39,860 nucleotides of DNA, from positions 1-39,860 of IMG/VR virus record IMGVR_UViG_3300012940_001457, one strand, 5' to 3'. How positions within the stretch are numbered: the stretch's first letter is position 1; every line of letters begins with the position of its first letter. A model generated the notes under the pieces. The model had not been told where the DNA came from. It ran no database searches and worked only from the letters and a program-made list of their open reading frames with translations. This DNA is from a virus. Lineage: Duplodnaviria; Caudoviricetes. Positions 35,526 to 39,860 of this stretch are shown here, one piece after another. Made by a program: the position numbers and the translations under genes.

Positions 35526-36100
35526 GCGTCCCCCCTTTGTTCCGGCAGCAGGCCGCGCGCCCGGCAGGCGATATAGCCCGGCTGCTTCAGTTCCCGCTTG
35601 AGGTCGTCCAGGGTGGCCTGGATACCATTGACCAGGAATCCGCCGTCCCCCGCATAGACGATGGTGCCGCGTCGCCGGAGCTGGACGACGATCTCCGGCG
35701 TCTCGGGAAGGTTGAGGGGAGCGGGTCTCACCCCATCGGCGAAATTGCTGGAATTCCTGGCGCGCCTGGCGCGGCCCTTGCGCGCGAAGGTCAGCCCCTC
35801 CGCCTTTGCGAAGGCGCGCAACTCGTTCTTGTTCACCTTCAGCCGCTCGACGATATCCTGCGCCGTGCGGCGGTCGGCGATCATGGTGCGGATGATGTCT
35901 TCCTGGCCGGCGATGGGGCGGGTGCGGCGGTTGGCCCATTCGCGCCGGTCGCGCTTCTCCAGGGTCAGGCCCTCGCGGCGGGCGAAGCCGTAGACCATCT
36001 GGCGGCTGCACCCCGTCCGCTCAGCAATCGCCGCAGCGTGCAGGCCCTCGCCGATCAAGGCCCTGATCCGCTCATAGACGATGTGGGGTTTCGACCCCAT
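35522..36100 (-). CDS. Tandem HTH protein
   Basis: 192 aa with two similar units: AAAIAERTGCSRQMVYGFARREGLTL and AQDIVERLKVNKNELRAFAKAEGLTF. Confidence 0.7.
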   Translation of the reverse strand: MGSKPHIVYERIRALIGEGLHAAAIAERTGCSRQMVYGFARREGLTLEKRDRREWANRRTRPIAGQEDIIRTMIADRRTAQDIVERLKVNKNELRAFAKAEGLTFARKGRARRARNSSNFADGVRPAPLNLPETPEIVVQLRRRGTIVYAGDGGFLVNGIQATLDDLKRELKQPGYIACRARGLLPEQRGDA

Positions 36101-36312
36101 CAGCGCCTCCACCGGCGGCCCTGGAACGGCAGGGCGTAATAGGCCAGGAACGTCCACTCCCAGACCAGGCACTTGCACAGTACCACCAGACGTCCCCGCC
36201 AGCCGTACCGGATCAGGTCCGGGGCCATGATCAACATCAGCAGTGCGGCGATGGTGAAATGGACGGCGAGGATAACCAGGCCGATGATGGAGAAATGGGC
36301 AGTGAGGATCAT
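36100..36312 (-). CDS. Small membrane protein
   Basis: 70 aa, hydrophobic; coupled by ATGA/TGATG overlaps. Confidence 0.6.
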   Translation of the reverse strand: MILTAHFSIIGLVILAVHFTIAALLMLIMAPDLIRYGWRGRLVVLCKCLVWEWTFLAYYALPFQGRRWRR

Positions 36313-36967
36313 TGTGCGGCCTCCCTGATGGCTGCAGTTGGGCTCGCGCTGCGTGCCAGACTGATCAGAAGGTCACGGAAGGGTTCGGGGGTGGCCGCGC
36401 GCTGCCGCTTGGACAGGCGTTGGACAACGCCTGTCCGGGAAGCATGGCGCCCGGATTCCTTTGCCTCCTTCCGCTCACGATGGGATCTGTACCCATCCTC
36501 GAATTGCGCGGTGGCGGCGGACTTGCCCCATTGGAGAGACGGCAGATCTGTCTTGCAGGCGTAGAGCCATGTTTTCTTTCTCGCGGGGTGCCCGTAATGA
36601 CCCTGCTCAACACAGCAGGTCCAACCGCCCAGCCAATCGGCTTTGATCCACCCTCCATCATGCGGAGGGATCGTTAGCTGAAACCAGCGCCAGGCGTGGC
36701 TCCCCTCGGGGTGCTCCAACACCCCACCGAATAATCGCACGGCATGAAGCGCCGCAGCGAAGCAGCCGCCATCATTACCGAGCATAAGCCTCGGGCGCTG
36801 CAAGGGCGCCCCCCCCAATACCGGCCCCACCGCTCGCAGGGTGGATGCGCTATGACCGGCCAGGGCCCAGCGTAGGTGCGGGCGTCTCTCCGCTTGTCCC
36901 ACGGATCGACGCCGTCCAGCCCGAAATAGCAGCCGCCGGTTTCCACATACAGGGCGGCGACCGTCAT
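36309..36967 (-). pseudogene. DNA cytosine-methyltransferase-like gene split by a frameshift in a G8 tract
   Basis: One frame gives MTVAALYV...AHPPCERWGRYWGG; a second frame continues GAPLQ...GVLEHP...YGHPARKKTWL...RAATPEPF. The junction is the C8 run at 36809-36816; G9 would give a 219-aa ORF. Confidence 0.78.
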
Positions 36968-37419
36968 CACGCCACCTCCATGGGCACCGTCGCCCGACCA
37001 TCGAGGATGCCCCACGCCTTCAGGTGGCCAGCCGCCTCGGCGACGCTGCGGAACACCTCGTAGTAGCATCCGTTGATCCGTGCCCAGCCCTCGAAGTCCT
37101 CCTGGGTGTCGCTCTGCGTGTTGCGCCCGGCTTTGGCCTCCAGGAAGCCGCTGCCGGTGTTCCAGGCAAAGCCGTAGTCCGGCGATCCGGCGATCAGGCC
37201 CATATGCTTGTGCTTCATGTAGACCCGGGCCGACAGGTCGCCGTGGCCGCCGCCGATCTCGTTGGGGATATGAAACCACACCCCGTCCAGGTGCCCGGCC
37301 AGCGTCCAGGCGCGGCAGCAGTTGGCGAAATGCACGGCCAGGCGCTCCTCGGGCCTCAGCTTGAAGCCGTGGCCGCGCGGCTGCGTCATCAGGCGGAGAA
37401 CGTAGGCGGGGATGGTCAT
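36967..37419 (-). CDS. VRR-NUC (PD-(D/E)xK) nuclease
   Basis: PEERL, WFHIPNE, AGSPD, FLEAK, SDTQEDF. Confidence 0.85.
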   Translation of the reverse strand: MTIPAYVLRLMTQPRGHGFKLRPEERLAVHFANCCRAWTLAGHLDGVWFHIPNEIGGGHGDLSARVYMKHKHMGLIAGSPDYGFAWNTGSGFLEAKAGRNTQSDTQEDFEGWARINGCYYEVFRSVAEAAGHLKAWGILDGRATVPMEVA

Positions 37420-37712
37420 TGGGCTGCGGCCTTAATCTGCGCCGCCTGCCCCAGTGGCGTGCTCTCATAGCCGACCGCGGTCATATAGAGGTCGAGCAGA
37501 GCTTCCTGTTCCTGCCGGTCGTCGCGGTCCATCTTCCGCAGTTTCACGACCTGCCGCATGATCTTCGGCTCGAAGCCGCTGGACTTCGCCTCGGCATAGA
37601 CCTCGCGGATATCCTGGGCGATGCCTGCCTTTTCCTCTTCCAGCCGCTCGATGCGCTCGATGAAGCTGCGCAGCTGGTGGGCGGCGATACCGACCGTTTC
37701 ACTGTCGCTCAT
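37416..37712 (-). CDS. gapR: GapR / DUF2312 nucleoid-associated protein
   Basis: [46 protein letters not shown]...EQEALLDLY. Confidence 0.92.
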   Translation of the reverse strand: MSDSETVGIAAHQLRSFIERIERLEEEKAGIAQDIREVYAEAKSSGFEPKIMRQVVKLRKMDRDDRQEQEALLDLYMTAVGYESTPLGQAAQIKAAAQ

Positions 37713-38233
37713 GGGTCCACCTTGTCTGTTTGGGAAGAAGCCTGATAGCCGGGGGCATTCATCCGGTCGGAATCCTGCGGAAATGCGGTCCAGTGACACC
37801 AGCCATCAGGCGTCTGGAAGCCCCATTCGCGGCGGTTCGGGCCCTTGACCCAGAGCGTCCAGCAGCCGCGGCTGCCGAACTGCTCGACTTCCAGGCGGTG
37901 CAGGTCTTCCGCCTTGCGGGCCAGGACGTCACCCGGCCCGAGGATCCGGTCTCCCGCGGGCGTGAGGTCCTTCATGGTGCCGGCCAAGACGATGCTGACA
38001 TTGTCGGCCCGGTGGTCATGCAGGGCCCGGGCATCGTCGTCACGGAGGATGTGATGAAGGTAGACGGAGAGGCCGTCATTGTCCTTTATCAGGAACCAGC
38101 GGCGCATATAGGGATTGTCAGGATGGCCTATCACCAGGTCGGGCGCTCGCTCCGCATGGGTCAGCAGCGCGGCGGCACCCGATTGCAGCAGGGCGCGGAA
38201 CGCATCCTCCTTCATGGACGTCTCGATGCTCAT
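37709..38233 (-). CDS. Cupin-like hypothetical protein
   Basis: 174 aa; [41 protein letters not shown]. Confidence 0.7.
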   Translation of the reverse strand: MSIETSMKEDAFRALLQSGAAALLTHAERAPDLVIGHPDNPYMRRWFLIKDNDGLSVYLHHILRDDDARALHDHRADNVSIVLAGTMKDLTPAGDRILGPGDVLARKAEDLHRLEVEQFGSRGCWTLWVKGPNRREWGFQTPDGWCHWTAFPQDSDRMNAPGYQASSQTDKVDP

Positions 38234-38346
38234 CAGCGTGCCCACAGGTAGAGGCCGATGATCAGCCAGGGAACAACGCCCAGGATCACCACGCCCACCA
38301 ACGCGCGAGCGGTGTTCAAATCGTCGTCATGATCATATTTCGACAT
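38233..38346 (-). CDS. 37-aa single-TM peptide (absent from the ORF track)
   Basis: MSKYDHDDDLNTARALVGVVILGVVPWLIIGLYLWAR*; RBS GAGGGGG; TGATG coupling to the next gene. Confidence 0.65.
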   Translation of the reverse strand: MSKYDHDDDLNTARALVGVVILGVVPWLIIGLYLWAR

Positions 38347-38450
38347 GGATGCCCCCTCGTATTGAAAGTTGCCGTCCGGCTGTCACACCCTCCCGGCGCT
38401 GCGGCACCAGCGAGGAGCCGAAACACCTGGCCGCTAAATTGCATCTCCGC

Positions 38451-38915
38451 TCATGCCGTGCCGTCCCGGCGCGGCACCACGGACAGCGGCCCCTCGCCCT
38501 TCTCGCAGACCGCCGCCAGCGCCAGGCATTCATTGCCCACGTCTCGCAGCAGAGGCGCCAGTTGCTTGCGCTCGCGGTGATCGAACACCCCGTCCTCGGC
38601 TGCCCGGATCATGTCGGCCAGCAGCGCTGACATAGCGGTCATGTGATGGTTCGGTGCAGTAGCGGCATCGAGTTCCAGCACCTTCAGGCCGAGCGGACCA
38701 AGAAGTGCATTGGCGAAGCCTGGCCCCAGCAGGTCGATATAAAGAAGGAGATGCGCATAGGAGGGCGCGGTCTCACCGGCGTGGTGGCCGCGCACGGTGC
38801 GCACCGTGATGCCGGTCAGCTCAGCCGCAGTTTCAACCGTGAATGGCCGCCCCTGCCCGACAAACTGCCTGAAGATGCGGTGGAAGTATTCGGAATGTTC
38901 GCGGCCGATCGCCAT
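38451..38915 (-). CDS. CII-like regulator
   Basis: HTH TVETAAELTGITVRTVRGH; LGPGFANALL; AAEDGVFDHRE; immediately after cro. Confidence 0.7.
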   Translation of the reverse strand: MAIGREHSEYFHRIFRQFVGQGRPFTVETAAELTGITVRTVRGHHAGETAPSYAHLLLYIDLLGPGFANALLGPLGLKVLELDAATAPNHHMTAMSALLADMIRAAEDGVFDHRERKQLAPLLRDVGNECLALAAVCEKGEGPLSVVPRRDGTA

Positions 38916-38947
38916 GGTTTTATTGGCCCCAGTGCTTATTGTTGATC

Positions 38948-39148
38948 TCAGGCAGTGCTCTTGTCGTCTTCACGTTTCATGAACCCGTAGACTTCCTGAG
39001 CCTTCCTGAGGGTGATCGATTTGCCGCCACGCAGTCGGCGGACCAAATGACGGTCCTTCGCCGCCTCCTCGCCGAAACGGGAGGCACTCATATTGTGGCG
39101 CCTCAGAAAGGCGTCGATATCGGCGAGGAGATTGGCTTCGGTCATCAT
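38948..39148 (-). CDS. Cro-like repressor
   Basis: 66 aa; LLADIDAFLRRHNMSASRFGEEAAKDRHLVRRLRGG; divergent from cI. Confidence 0.82.
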   Translation of the reverse strand: MMTEANLLADIDAFLRRHNMSASRFGEEAAKDRHLVRRLRGGKSITLRKAQEVYGFMKREDDKSTA

Positions 39149-39156
39149 TATCGAGA

Positions 39157-39236
39157 ACCATAATGTGAAAAATCACACTATACAATATGAAAATTCACAC
39201 TTAGGGGTTTTTTCGCCGTCGTGTAAAACTTCACAC
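39157..39236. promoter_or_regulatory. OR-like switch region: three operators and divergent promoters
   Basis: TGTGAAAAATCACA (39164-39177), TATGAAAATTCACA (39186-39199), TGTAAAACTTCACA (39222-39235); minus-strand TTGTAT-N17-TATGGT upstream of cro. Confidence 0.8.
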
Positions 39237-39860
39237 ATGGCGAGAGACCCTTTTACACAGGCGGTTATTGAAGCTTTGGAACATCAGTTCGAGGCGCGTG
39301 CGGCCCTGACTGGCGAAAGCCATTACCAGATCCTGACGCGCGCCGGGTTGAACCGGAAATGGTTCGATGACCTGAAGAAGCCGGAAAAGAGCGCCAGGCT
39401 GGACAGCGTGTACAAGATTGCCACATTCCTCCGCCTGTCGGTCGTGGACCTGCTCAGCGGCGTGAAAGACGGCGCCCGGCCGGTGCCGCTGATCAGCTGG
39501 GTTCAGGCGGGTGAGATGATGCCCACCGAAGACCCGTATCCGCTGGGATTTGGGGAAACCACCGAGCACGTGGATTGGAAGCATCCGTACGTCTTCGCAT
39601 TGAGGGTGCGCGGGCCGTCGATGAACCGTATCGCCGATGATGGGGATATCGTTTTCGTCGATTACAAGGATCGGGAACCGCGCGACGGAAAACTTTATAT
39701 CTTTCGCGACACGCAGGAACATGAGGCCACGTTCAAGCGCTGGCGTACCAATCCGGATCGCATGGAACCTGTCTCGTTCGAAGAAGAGTTCGGTCCGCTT
39801 TTCCCAAACGCCTCTACGGAAGTGGTCGGGCGCGTGTTCGAGGTGAGGAAACGGCTTTAA
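39237..39860 (+). CDS. CI-like repressor with S24 autopeptidase domain
   Basis: 207 aa; N-terminal HTH; VPLISWVQAG (Ala-Gly cleavage site), LRVRGPSM (Ser), ATFKR (Lys), VVGRV. Confidence 0.93.
   Translation: MARDPFTQAVIEALEHQFEARAALTGESHYQILTRAGLNRKWFDDLKKPEKSARLDSVYKIATFLRLSVVDLLSGVKDGARPVPLISWVQAGEMMPTEDPYPLGFGETTEHVDWKHPYVFALRVRGPSMNRIADDGDIVFVDYKDREPRDGKLYIFRDTQEHEATFKRWRTNPDRMEPVSFEEEFGPLFPNASTEVVGRVFEVRKRL

Noticed and set aside
35526-36011. N-terminal extension giving a 1327-aa helicase-MTase in the ORF track (similar extensions for gpJ, DndC-like, DnaB, wHTH, cI)
   Set aside because: These overlap real upstream genes; the downstream ATGs have ATGA/TGATG coupling or mark where family-like sequence begins.
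30248-37419. Complete restriction-modification or Dnd defence system
   Set aside because: No restriction subunit or DndABDE/FGH partners; VRR-NUC is a common phage recombination/resolution nuclease.
1-39860. tRNA, rRNA, integrase or att sites
   Set aside because: None recognised; the window ends at the cI stop, so prophage versus free phage cannot be decided.

Overview
Nearly complete early-right and late arms of a temperate, lambda-like (cos-type) siphophage or prophage. The host is very probably an alphaproteobacterium (high GC, GapR/DUF2312 gene, CtrA-like wHTH, GTA-like tail genes). Almost everything is on the minus strand. Reading from the right end: cI (+) / cro / cII switch with three operators; small early genes (cupin-like, GapR, VRR-NUC); a dense DNA-modification block (C5-MTase-like gene split at a G8 tract, SNF2-helicase/MTase fusion with a 327-aa LAGLIDADG intein, NPPW adenine MTase, orphan DndC-like PAPS reductase); DnaB and a replication initiator containing iterons; a Q-positioned late regulator. 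Before cos lie an unusual 1067-aa fibre-like protein (M14 Zn-carboxypeptidase + DUF2341-like + LamG + 13 x 20-aa repeats), a small fibre partner and a gpZ-like gene. After cosQ/cosN come a lambda-like head, a GTA-like tail with a -1 frameshift chaperone, a lysis cassette interrupted by an antisense hicAB module, and a terminal 781-aa propeller + helical-barrel protein. No integrase, att site, RNA gene or CRISPR array is visible. All family calls come from motif recognition by eye, not from database searches.
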